Shown in pieces: positions 23,550 through 33,350 of a stretch of DNA of 48,070 nt. Made by a program: the position numbers and the translations under genes. The first letter of the stretch is position 1, and each line of letters opens with the position of its first letter. This stretch comes from a virus (Duplodnaviria; Caudoviricetes), in IMG/VR virus record IMGVR_UViG_3300030372_004397, positions 1-48,070 of that record; one strand, written 5' to 3'. A model generated the notes under the pieces. That model did not search any database, had not been told where the DNA came from, and saw nothing but the letters and a program-made list of their open reading frames with translations.

Positions 23550-26500
23550 TTAATAAGTTCCGCCTCCACCTGAGCCGTTACCACCATTACCACCATTACC
23601 ACCGTTTGTTGTTGTTGTTGGTGGCGGTGGGCTTAAAGGCGCGGCTGTTGGTGGTAAGCCCGAAGGTCCTGTTATTGGTGTTGCAGTAGTACTTACAATA
23701 CTATATACTGTTCCTATACCTTGAAAGCTAAACTCTGATGTTGATATTGGAGCGTTTAAATCACCATTTATATAGTTAAACCATTTACCTTCTTTTTCTA
23801 TAAACTCTTGTATATTACCACTCTGTTTGTCTGTTCTTATATTATCAACATACCAACCAGTTTTATTAGAAATATTATAAGGTTTTATATTACTCAAACC
23901 AGTATCGCTGTCTACTTCAAATTGATTTATTCTTGATTGAGTTCCTTCATAATTTAAAGTGTTAAATGTTTTAACAACAGATGGTTCTTGATTTAATACA
24001 GCGGTTAAAGAAGACTCTATGTAAGTGTTATAAAAACGATTTCGTTCTTGGCCTTCAACATGGTGCTCATGTAAATTACCGTTATTAATAGTATAATATT
24101 TTTTAGTTAAACTTAAACCTTGTTCTGGTATGTAAGACTTAAAACTAACCCAACCCCTAACGTCTTCATTGTAACTTAAGGTTGTTGGTGATAATCTATC
24201 TGGATTATCATCAGGGTTAGCCTGTAAGTGTCTTGGTAATAACTCAAATTGAGTTAACATTCTTATATTATCTATACTACCACTAACTATTCCGCTTTCA
24301 ACATAAATAACTAAAGTGTTTACTAGCTCATCACTTACTATATCATCGTCTCCTATTGTGTGTAATCTACTGTAATACCCAGAGCCATTTAAACCAGAGG
24401 CTGGATAAGAATAAAATCTAAATCCTTTTCCAGCAGAATTAAAATAATAACCTTGAATTCTACCACCTGTAATATTATTAAACTCAAACTCAATTAAAAA
24501 ATTATCTCCAATAGAAGCTGTTGTCGATATAGCTTGTGTAAGTTGTATTCTATCTTCGATAGTAGGTATTAAAACTCCAGGTGTGTGCATAGGAGCGTTA
24601 TTAAAAGTTATAACTGGATTTGAAGGATCTGTATCGTCAAAAAATATAAAGTCATCATCAGTTATATCAAAACCTTGAAAACTCCAAGAGTTAGCACTAC
24701 CACCAGTAAAATAACTAGTTATGTCTTTTAAATATATATTATCTATAGCACCAACAAAAGCTTGTGATGGTGAACTAAGAGAACCAAATCTAACTTGAGC
24801 TTCATTTTCGTTTGTACTCAAGCTTATGTTAGGCAACACTGAAGATATAGTACCTACTGTACTTAATCCGTTTATAGTATTGTAAGGCTCGTAATCAACG
24901 CTACCTGGTTGTTTTATTAGTATTTCATAAGGATTACCAGTTTGCGTGCTAGAAATATTACCTATTATTTTGTAGTCACCAATATGTTGTATATTATTAA
25001 AAGCAAAACCATCAAAACTACCACTATTAATCTTACCAGCTACATAACCATAAAAACCTCCTTCTATATCTGCTCTTGGTGTACCAAATTTATTTAGCCC
25101 TGGGTTTACGCTAAATGACAACTCCCAACCATCATCGCTTTGTGTAGGAGCGTCTTGTGTTCCTGTGTATGGCGAGGTAATAGTCGCGTGGTTGTTAAAG
25201 TGGTAATGCCAAGTTGCGTTATCACCTGGATTTTCTTGATTATTAGACGCGTCATAATTAACTTGATAAGCATAAGAATCAAAATTTAAACCGCCATAAT
25301 TAGCGTAAGCAGCATCTTTTAAATAATAAACTTTAGGATCTTGTAAACCTTGTCTAAAGCCAAGCATTTTAACACCGCCGTCATTAGTTCCTCTCCACGC
25401 GTCATTAGTTATCCAAGGTGCAGAAGAACTTATGGTTGGTAATAAATTAAGACCTACTACGGTTGAAACGTTTCCATACTCATCACTATTATTATATGTT
25501 TGTGTTGGGTTTTGTATTTTTGTAATTGTTATTTTTTGCACGTCAATATGTACATTAGAAAAAACTATATCAAAATATGGAAGTATACCAGCGTTGTTTT
25601 CACATACAGTACTATTAGCATGTAGCTGAAATATCGCTCTATAACTACCTTGATTATGCCAACTACCATAAGTTCTTGTATCAATGTTGTTTCTATCTAC
25701 ACCGTCAGCTAAAGCCCAAACACCACCTGCTTCAGTAGAACCTTTTATATTTGGCTTATAAGTTTCTAGCTGTATAGACATTTCTGGAGTGAAAGTGCTT
25801 AAGTATGTAATACCGGTATTTAATATTCTACCTACATGACCAACTGGATATTGTTCTATAATAGTACCACCGGTACCCCAATCTAAAGTATTTAAATAAT
25901 TGCCTGAAACATTACCGTTGTTTAAATTGTTATTACAAACGCCTTTAACATATATTTTACCTGTAGCAGCTTGGCTCCAAGTTCCGTTAACTACCGGATC
26001 TAAACCATCTTCGTCTTCCCAAACATCCACGCAGTACCAAGCACCTTTTTCTAGCGATGTTTGAGCGCCAGTGTTATCTACAGGCGCAAATCTAAGCGTA
26101 ACATCATCGTTTATAGCATTAATATTAACTGTTTCGTCTATACCTATTTGATGTATAAAATCATCTCCTTGGTTAAAATAAACATCATCAGTATCATCAT
26201 CAATATTATCATAAGAAGCAATTTCAACATTAAAAACATGATTAGGATCTGCTGCTGGAGAATAAATGTAGTTTGGAAGCGAATAAGTGTTTCTATAACT
26301 AGTAACCCCGTTGTCAGCACCTTCATACCATTTAAGTCCACCAGGCGTAACAGTGTATACTCCAGTTGATATATCTAGAACTGTTTGATCTTCTACACGT
26401 TCTGTAGGAGGATTTGAAAGACCATAATAGCCTTCAGATTCTGTCATAGTTAAATAACTTGTAAGCGACGTAGTAGGGCTTTGCCAATAAGCAGGTAATT

Positions 26501-29500
26501 CAGGTATAATAACCTCTGTCCAAGTATCCACGTCGTTTTCTGGGAAACCCGGTACGTCAAGTTGAGCAACAACAGCAGGTGTACCTACGTTTTCTAATCT
26601 ATACTGTTTTTTTAATTCAAGCTGAGTTACAATCATAGAACCTATACGGTGTCGAGGGTCTGTTACCTCAACTTCTCCTTGACCAGAACCTAAATTAACA
26701 GTATACCTAGGATGTATCGTAATCTGTAAATCTTGTACGGCTATAGCACTCACTTCATCACCATTAGGGTGTTTAAATTTAAACGCTCTAGTATAATACG
26801 CAAAACCATAGTAATTTTCACCTGAAATTTCTGTCGGGGTAGTTAATGTTGGTCCATCTGAGTAGGTTAAACTTGGAAAAGGATTAAAATCAAAATGGCT
26901 TGTAGAATCTGTAGTCTGCATATCGGTAGCTGACATAAGTATATCAGAACTAATAACGCTTGAACCGTCAGCAGCAGGTGTACCGTCATGTAATTTTATT
27001 ATAAAACCTTTTTGAACACCAGAACCCGGTCTATTTGGATCTGGCACCTGAAAAGCTCCTGTGTTAATCGATGGACCGTGTACGGCGTCTTCAGGCCCTT
27101 GGGCATTTCCACCATAACCTGGCTGTAGTGTACCCCACTTTGGCACAAGCCATTCTATTTTTAAATAAACAACTTCACCATTAAACACGGTGGTTGGTTT
27201 CATAGGCGCATTATTAAGACCAATATTAAATAAACCTGTTGCACCCGAGGTTAATAAGTCAGCGGTATAATCTAAAATATAAGTACCAGTAAAAAAGTTA
27301 TTTGATATAGTTGTTAAATCGTTTGGAAAATCTTTTGGAAAAGTAATATAATCGTCGTGAGATAAATAATCAGTAGGTGACAAAGCTATGTTTTGATTAT
27401 AAGGTGGATAGCTGTAAAAAACTATGCCGGGGGTCGCTCCATACTCTTCAGCATCATCAATACCACCACCACCAGAAGGTGACACACCTAAACCAGCCAT
27501 GCTTGATTGGCCAACGTGAAAAATATTTCTATTAAAAAGCGTTGTAGCTTGAGCTGCATCTATACCATTATTTGGTACTCCAGAACCACTTGGCGTGTCT
27601 ATAATATCAAAACCATTAAATGTTCTACTGTGCTTATGTGGAGGATTGCCAGTAACGTTGTTAAAACCGTTAGTACCACCACCATGAACAGCCATATACC
27701 TATTAGTGTTGTTATTCCAACCACCAGTTGTAAATTTAGTATAACTTTCAGAACTAGAGGGGCTATAAACGGTACCTGCTACTACAGGCGCTTGAAAAGT
27801 GTATTGGCCAATAAAAGGATATTCCCTTATAACTACATGCGATAGTAAATTAGGATTCATGTAGTTTGAAACAAATTGGTCAGAAGAGTTAACCCAAGGT
27901 TGGTAACCATCGCCTGGTAAATTAAACCTCATAGTAGATTCATCAAAAATAGTTCCTGTAGGATTACTAGAATAATTAACATCAGGAACAATAGTTTCTA
28001 ATAGTGTAGTGCCTTGTGATATATCAGCGTTTGTTATTAAGTTTGTAGCTATAGCGTCTTTTAAAGTTACATTATAATTTCTTTTATATGCATCGTAGCT
28101 ACCTATAATATTGTCGGCATATCTTAAGTTATCTCTAAACCAATCGTGCATACCAGCCTCTGATATAGGAGTTAATCCATCTTTTGATAACCTTAATATA
28201 GCGCCTCTTTGTCTATCAGCAAAATAAGCTCTATAAGATTCTTTAGCAAAAGATTCTGGGTTTTGCGATATACCATAATCACCCACAAAAGGAATAGTTT
28301 GACCTAGCACATTTATATTAGCTGTTAACTGCGGGTTACCATCAGCATTAAACACAGCGTCTTTATTAGCTAATATTTTTACAACTCTATCTTCACAAAA
28401 TGTTATTAAGTCTGTTTGTCTACTAAACAGTTTTTGAATACTACCATAAGTAGGATTTATATCTTTTGTTATTTTTTCAGCCATTACAAACTGATTTAAC
28501 TCGTTTAAACTAGAGTTAGAGTTATATAAACCTGAAAATATTAAACCGTGTTTTCTGTGATCTCTTTCGTAAGGCTCTTCTGTAGTTGTAGACGCTCTAG
28601 CTCCATTTGTAATCCTCATTTCATTAAAGTCATCTCTAATTCTATCAGACTCTACTCCATCACCAAATGAAAAACAATTATACCAACTTAAACCAGCCTC
28701 CATATTTTGAGTTGATTCTAATATGCTAAAAGAGTTTATTACATTGCTAGTACTACCACCATAATCTATATTTTCCTCCGGCGAGTTTATTTGAGCAGTT
28801 GTATAACTACCATCAACCCTATAAAATCTTATATATTTATTAGTATAATCTATTTCATTACCTTGATTATCAAATCTATTAAAACCAGCGTCTCCAACTC
28901 TATTAGTAAAAAATACTTGTAACGGGTTGGTGTCACTCCAGTTATTTAATATTATGTCTTCAGTAATATAACTAATACTAGTTCTAGCTAAACCAAATAA
29001 TGTTCCATCAGCATTTACTATTTCAACTTTACAACCTATGGGTGCAAATATTTCATTATTATCTGCGTTTATTCTACTAGGAACAGCTCCAGAAGCTTCG
29101 TAATAAACATCTAAACCAGAGTCGCTTTTTGGTTCTGTTTCAAATATAGTTGGTATTGAAGAAATTTCGCCTAAAAGATTATACGAACCTGAAGTTACAA
29201 TTTGTATTTCTGAAGCAATATTAGCTGTTAAACCGTTTGCCGCATCGCAAGGATTAAAACTAGGAGATACAGCTGCATCTGTGGGGTCCTTATCAAGTTC
29301 TAATATAAACACTAATCTTCTATTACTCGCTTTACCAAACTGCTGTATACGCGTTTTCAGGTGACCCGCTTTCAAAGCTTCATCGGCTGTCCCTATGTGT
29401 TTTGCCCAATTAATAGCGTTTTTTTCAACACTAAAAATATTTATAAAATTTGTTGCTTGAGCGTTGTTTGTTCCCCAATCATATTTTTTTCTCCAAGAAG

Positions 29501-32500
29501 TATGGTTATATAAACGTTTTACAGTGCAAGCGTTGACAGTATAAACAATACCTTGTGGGTCAGCACTAAATCTAAATTGAGTACCAGGAACTTTTAACAT
29601 GTCTGCAAAACGAGCATTGGCTTGTGATTCAGTTGTACTAGGAAAATCTATATCCCATTGTTTTTCGTGTAGCTCTTGATATGCTAAGTCGTAACCTTGA
29701 CCTACACCAGGACCTGGCGCAATTGGCTCTGTATAAAAATCGCTATCAGCTCTATCATCACCAGAACTCTGAACGTAATTACCTTCCATTTCTACAACAA
29801 AATTATCTGAACCTTGTGTTAGGTCTACGTCGTTTAATAAAGTGTTATTACCAAGATAAGAATCAGGCACAAAAACACCACCACCCCAAATACCTTGTAA
29901 TTTTTTAGCTAAACTATTATAACCAGTGGCTTTAACACCTGTTAAATCTAAAGGATCTGGAACTAAATCTTTACCTGGACCTAAAAATGATAAATGCATA
30001 AAAACCTTATTACCGGTTGTACCATATACGTCGCTAGGGAAACTATTGCTAGTAGTAATATCACCTTCTTGCCTCCATCTTCTACGACCTATTGCAGGGT
30101 CACTACTTGTGTGTACGTCGTCTGTTACAACAATACCCTCCATACAGTTTGGAGTACCACCAATACTATAAGTATTACCGTGCGGGGTTGACCAAAAAGA
30201 ATCAATAGCGCCTGGAGTTACAGAAAACATAGGTGACCAGTTTGTGCTTTGTAAAAGCGCTACATCAATAGGGTCTTGAGGTATAGCTAACCAACCGTTG
30301 ATATTTGGTTGTTGATCTCCAACCAATGTATTTTCATAATGCCAACCAAGACTAGAATCTTTAGCGTAAGGTTTCCATCTTGAAGTTGCTTTTTCTCTAG
30401 TTAAATAATAAGGTGAAAAAGTATCTTCGCCATCATTACCATCAAACTCGTTGCTATATCGTTCTTCGTAATCGTCCCAAGCACCATCATGACTATTTAT
30501 ATTTAATCCACTAGTCCAAACTCTAACTATATGCTCCCAACGAGTATTGTTTCCTTGCCAAACAGTTTGACTATTATCGTCTAACTGAGCACTAAGTACT
30601 CTAGGCCAATAGTTTTTCTTTAAATTATCTTCCCAATATAATGGATCTTCAACAGCGTAATAATCAGAGCTATTACTTAATATTTTTGTAGGTGGCATTT
30701 TTTGATCTGCGTCTATAGTATTACTCCATGTTATTTGGCCATAAGTCCATCTAGCGCCAGCAAGAACTTCTCCAGAGTTTTTAGCATAAGAATTACTAGG
30801 GTCATTTTGACCTGCACGGAAAAGCAAATTATCAATAAAAAATCTATTGCCATTAAGTGTAGCGTGGTCCAAAAGATAACCCCAATGAACATAATTATTT
30901 ACAGAATTAGTAGTATTTGCAATTTCAATTGCAAGATTATCGCTTCCTGAAGCTGGTAAAGTGTGTGTGAGGGTAGTATCTTGTAACTTAGAATTAGTTG
31001 TTAAAGGATCGTCAGCAAACCAGTAACTACTTGCTTGTTCTTCTACAGTATAAGTTACTAAAGACTCGGTACCAGGTTGTTGTTGTAGTTCATCAGACTT
31101 AGAATCACTTACTATTTTAACAAAAAATCTACCAGAAAACTGGTCCATGTCTTTTAAATCTTTTCTTTCTATAGTAACGGTAAGGTTAAAATTTAATCTT
31201 GGATGCGAGCCGGTATCTGTAGCGTGTTTAGCTATATCGGCATCAGTAGCGTTAACTTGAGTTTCTAGTTTAATTACATAAAGAGCGTCTGACATGTTCG
31301 GTAAGCCAAAAGCAGAAGAATCAGATTCTACCATTATACTAGCTATTCTATATCTTCTAGATTTATAAACATTATTGTTTTCTGTTTTAAACCAAGAAAT
31401 ATATAAGTCTTTTATCTCATTATGCCTTGTGTCAGTTGATATCAAAGAAGCGCCGCCGTTATCAAGATCTTCAAAATTTTGTTTATCTAAAACTATAGTA
31501 TCACAACCTGTTATATCAAACCTTAAAGGTTTTTGTGAATTGGCTGATTTGTAAGCTGTATATAAACCTTTTGGAACTAAACTAGCATCGTATGTTAAAC
31601 TAGTACCAATAGGGTTACCATCTAATACCCCATCATAACTACCTGTAGTTTCGTTGTCGTGTTGTCCTAATATTTTATATTTAAATTTTATAGCGTCAGG
31701 AGCCTCGTTAACTATACCTAATATTTTAAATCTATTTTCTGTACTAAATTGAGTAGCAGAGTCTAGTTTTTTCTTTATTATTAAGTAATCTTCTTCGTTT
31801 ATTTTGTTTCTATCAGACGAATTAAAAGATATCCATAAGTGTTCTCTTTCTTCTTTATCAACGTCTTCTGTAGGCGTATAAGCCTTATCCATTACTAAAT
31901 TATAATATTCGCTAGAAGTTTGTTTTATATAGAACTTATAATAATCAGCCCAAGTTGGTATATTTGAAGATACATAAGCTTTTAGTTGGTGAGATTGACT
32001 AGCTGATTTTACACTACCAGATTCCCAAGGTATTTTAACAGCAGATTCTGTTGAAGAAAATACAGGTGTTTCTCTACCATATTTATCACCAAAAACTATA
32101 CCTAACTGATAGTTTCTTTGTGACTTTATTGATTTTAATACGTTAGCTGGAAAAGTATAGAACTCTTGACTTAAGCTTGGTATATAATTTAATCTATTAC
32201 CGTAATCAACATATATTTCTGGCTTATCACTTATATCGTAGTTTTGAATATAGTTTCCGTAAACTAATCTACTACCCGTTATTTCTTGAGCTAAAGCACT
32301 TCTAGGTACATTGTCATAAATTCTTAATAATTGATTTTCTGGAACAGCCGCATAAATGTTTTCTGAAGTTACTGAATATTTACCACTGTATTTTGAATAA
32401 TTAGAAGTAGTGGGTTCACCTTGTCTGTAACCATAATCATTCCAATAATTAGAGTCTTTTTTTATACTAGTTATAGAGTATACAACAGGTGAGTTTTCTT

Positions 32501-33347
32501 GTTTATATAAAATATCAACTTGAACAACGTCTTTAGGTGTGTCAGGAGCTACAAAGTCATACACGTTTAAAGACTCTATACTATTAAGCATAGTTAAATT
32601 GTAAGGTTCTTTTGAAGTAAAATAGTTAGATTGATTTATGCCTGTAGGATATAAAGGCTGAAAGATAACGTCTGTAAACGGACCAAAAGCAGAATACTCT
32701 CCGTCTTCGTATTTATATCTATATGAAAGTCTAGATAAAGTTTTTTCAAATAAACTAGGTTTTGTTATAGCGCTACTTGTTATTATTTCTACGTTTAACT
32801 TAGAAGTAGGTTTCTTTTTTATTACAGTAATGTGTTCTTTTTGTATGTCAACGTTACCATTAGCATCTTGAACAATAGCGTCATCAACTACAAGTTTAGT
32901 GTGAGTTGTGTCGTTTATAGTACCTAGTTTGCTTCTTGTTATATTGATTTTTTTAGGTTCGTTAAAACCATCTGTCCAGAATAAAAAGTCATCAACTATA
33001 TTTATACCAGTAATAATTCTATCGCCAAACTCTAATACGTTATGATAATCAATAAAAACAGGTATTGGATTTTGACCTTCTGTGTACTCATATATAGCGT
33101 TAATATTTGATCGAACGAACCAATATAGTTTATTATTCTTTTCATCTGCAATAGATCCAACACAATCACCAGTTATGCCTCCACGAAGCTCATTACCTAA
33201 TACATTTTGAACAGTCCCAACGTTTGCTCCTTCAGAAGTAGCAACTTGAATGTTCATTGCATCTCTATACTGTCCGTTTGGTAATAATCTTTCGTCAAGG
33301 TCTTTATTCATTTTACCTTGAACAAAAGTGTTCTTAATCTCTGGCAT
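23550..33347 (-). CDS. Tail nozzle/muzzle protein (P22 gp10 / crAss muzzle-like) with very large insertions
   Basis: 3265 aa. N-terminus F..GKMNKDLDERL.P.G.YRDA.N, RLSYRYKYEDGEYS, LGIVFGDKYGRE, beta-propeller block (YGISQNPESF...YFADRQRG.ILRLSKDGLTPIS), C-terminal GWVSFKSY and FIEKEGKWF. Confidence 0.8.
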   Translation of the reverse strand: MPEIKNTFVQGKMNKDLDERLLPNGQYRDAMNIQVATSEGANVGTVQNVLGNELRGGITGDCVGSIADEKNNKLYWFVRSNINAIYEYTEGQNPIPVFIDYHNVLEFGDRIITGINIVDDFLFWTDGFNEPKKINITRSKLGTINDTTHTKLVVDDAIVQDANGNVDIQKEHITVIKKKPTSKLNVEIITSSAITKPSLFEKTLSRLSYRYKYEDGEYSAFGPFTDVIFQPLYPTGINQSNYFTSKEPYNLTMLNSIESLNVYDFVAPDTPKDVVQVDILYKQENSPVVYSITSIKKDSNYWNDYGYRQGEPTTSNYSKYSGKYSVTSENIYAAVPENQLLRIYDNVPRSALAQEITGSRLVYGNYIQNYDISDKPEIYVDYGNRLNYIPSLSQEFYTFPANVLKSIKSQRNYQLGIVFGDKYGRETPVFSSTESAVKIPWESGSVKSASQSHQLKAYVSSNIPTWADYYKFYIKQTSSEYYNLVMDKAYTPTEDVDKEEREHLWISFNSSDRNKINEEDYLIIKKKLDSATQFSTENRFKILGIVNEAPDAIKFKYKILGQHDNETTGSYDGVLDGNPIGTSLTYDASLVPKGLYTAYKSANSQKPLRFDITGCDTIVLDKQNFEDLDNGGASLISTDTRHNEIKDLYISWFKTENNNVYKSRRYRIASIMVESDSSAFGLPNMSDALYVIKLETQVNATDADIAKHATDTGSHPRLNFNLTVTIERKDLKDMDQFSGRFFVKIVSDSKSDELQQQPGTESLVTYTVEEQASSYWFADDPLTTNSKLQDTTLTHTLPASGSDNLAIEIANTTNSVNNYVHWGYLLDHATLNGNRFFIDNLLFRAGQNDPSNSYAKNSGEVLAGARWTYGQITWSNTIDADQKMPPTKILSNSSDYYAVEDPLYWEDNLKKNYWPRVLSAQLDDNSQTVWQGNNTRWEHIVRVWTSGLNINSHDGAWDDYEERYSNEFDGNDGEDTFSPYYLTREKATSRWKPYAKDSSLGWHYENTLVGDQQPNINGWLAIPQDPIDVALLQSTNWSPMFSVTPGAIDSFWSTPHGNTYSIGGTPNCMEGIVVTDDVHTSSDPAIGRRRWRQEGDITTSNSFPSDVYGTTGNKVFMHLSFLGPGKDLVPDPLDLTGVKATGYNSLAKKLQGIWGGGVFVPDSYLGNNTLLNDVDLTQGSDNFVVEMEGNYVQSSGDDRADSDFYTEPIAPGPGVGQGYDLAYQELHEKQWDIDFPSTTESQANARFADMLKVPGTQFRFSADPQGIVYTVNACTVKRLYNHTSWRKKYDWGTNNAQATNFINIFSVEKNAINWAKHIGTADEALKAGHLKTRIQQFGKASNRRLVFILELDKDPTDAAVSPSFNPCDAANGLTANIASEIQIVTSGSYNLLGEISSIPTIFETEPKSDSGLDVYYEASGAVPSRINADNNEIFAPIGCKVEIVNADGTLFGLARTSISYITEDIILNNWSDTNPLQVFFTNRVGDAGFNRFDNQGNEIDYTNKYIRFYRVDGSYTTAQINSPEENIDYGGSTSNVINSFSILESTQNMEAGLSWYNCFSFGDGVESDRIRDDFNEMRITNGARASTTTEEPYERDHRKHGLIFSGLYNSNSSLNELNQFVMAEKITKDINPTYGSIQKLFSRQTDLITFCEDRVVKILANKDAVFNADGNPQLTANINVLGQTIPFVGDYGISQNPESFAKESYRAYFADRQRGAILRLSKDGLTPISEAGMHDWFRDNLRYADNIIGSYDAYKRNYNVTLKDAIATNLITNADISQGTTLLETIVPDVNYSSNPTGTIFDESTMRFNLPGDGYQPWVNSSDQFVSNYMNPNLLSHVVIREYPFIGQYTFQAPVVAGTVYSPSSSESYTKFTTGGWNNNTNRYMAVHGGGTNGFNNVTGNPPHKHSRTFNGFDIIDTPSGSGVPNNGIDAAQATTLFNRNIFHVGQSSMAGLGVSPSGGGGIDDAEEYGATPGIVFYSYPPYNQNIALSPTDYLSHDDYITFPKDFPNDLTTISNNFFTGTYILDYTADLLTSGATGLFNIGLNNAPMKPTTVFNGEVVYLKIEWLVPKWGTLQPGYGGNAQGPEDAVHGPSINTGAFQVPDPNRPGSGVQKGFIIKLHDGTPAADGSSVISSDILMSATDMQTTDSTSHFDFNPFPSLTYSDGPTLTTPTEISGENYYGFAYYTRAFKFKHPNGDEVSAIAVQDLQITIHPRYTVNLGSGQGEVEVTDPRHRIGSMIVTQLELKKQYRLENVGTPAVVAQLDVPGFPENDVDTWTEVIIPELPAYWQSPTTSLTSYLTMTESEGYYGLSNPPTERVEDQTVLDISTGVYTVTPGGLKWYEGADNGVTSYRNTYSLPNYIYSPAADPNHVFNVEIASYDNIDDDTDDVYFNQGDDFIHQIGIDETVNINAINDDVTLRFAPVDNTGAQTSLEKGAWYCVDVWEDEDGLDPVVNGTWSQAATGKIYVKGVCNNNLNNGNVSGNYLNTLDWGTGGTIIEQYPVGHVGRILNTGITYLSTFTPEMSIQLETYKPNIKGSTEAGGVWALADGVDRNNIDTRTYGSWHNQGSYRAIFQLHANSTVCENNAGILPYFDIVFSNVHIDVQKITITKIQNPTQTYNNSDEYGNVSTVVGLNLLPTISSSAPWITNDAWRGTNDGGVKMLGFRQGLQDPKVYYLKDAAYANYGGLNFDSYAYQVNYDASNNQENPGDNATWHYHFNNHATITSPYTGTQDAPTQSDDGWELSFSVNPGLNKFGTPRADIEGGFYGYVAGKINSGSFDGFAFNNIQHIGDYKIIGNISSTQTGNPYEILIKQPGSVDYEPYNTINGLSTVGTISSVLPNISLSTNENEAQVRFGSLSSPSQAFVGAIDNIYLKDITSYFTGGSANSWSFQGFDITDDDFIFFDDTDPSNPVITFNNAPMHTPGVLIPTIEDRIQLTQAISTTASIGDNFLIEFEFNNITGGRIQGYYFNSAGKGFRFYSYPASGLNGSGYYSRLHTIGDDDIVSDELVNTLVIYVESGIVSGSIDNIRMLTQFELLPRHLQANPDDNPDRLSPTTLSYNEDVRGWVSFKSYIPEQGLSLTKKYYTINNGNLHEHHVEGQERNRFYNTYIESSLTAVLNQEPSVVKTFNTLNYEGTQSRINQFEVDSDTGLSNIKPYNISNKTGWYVDNIRTDKQSGNIQEFIEKEGKWFNYINGDLNAPISTSEFSFQGIGTVYSIVSTTATPITGPSGLPPTAAPLSPPPPTTTTNGGNGGNGGNGSGGGGTY

Positions 33348-33350
33348 ATA

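Noticed and set aside
25432-30950. Short alternative-frame ORFs within the muzzle gene, including the hydrophobic 26144-26341 ORF
   Set aside because: Explained as frame shadows of Asp/Asn-rich codons. No independent signals.
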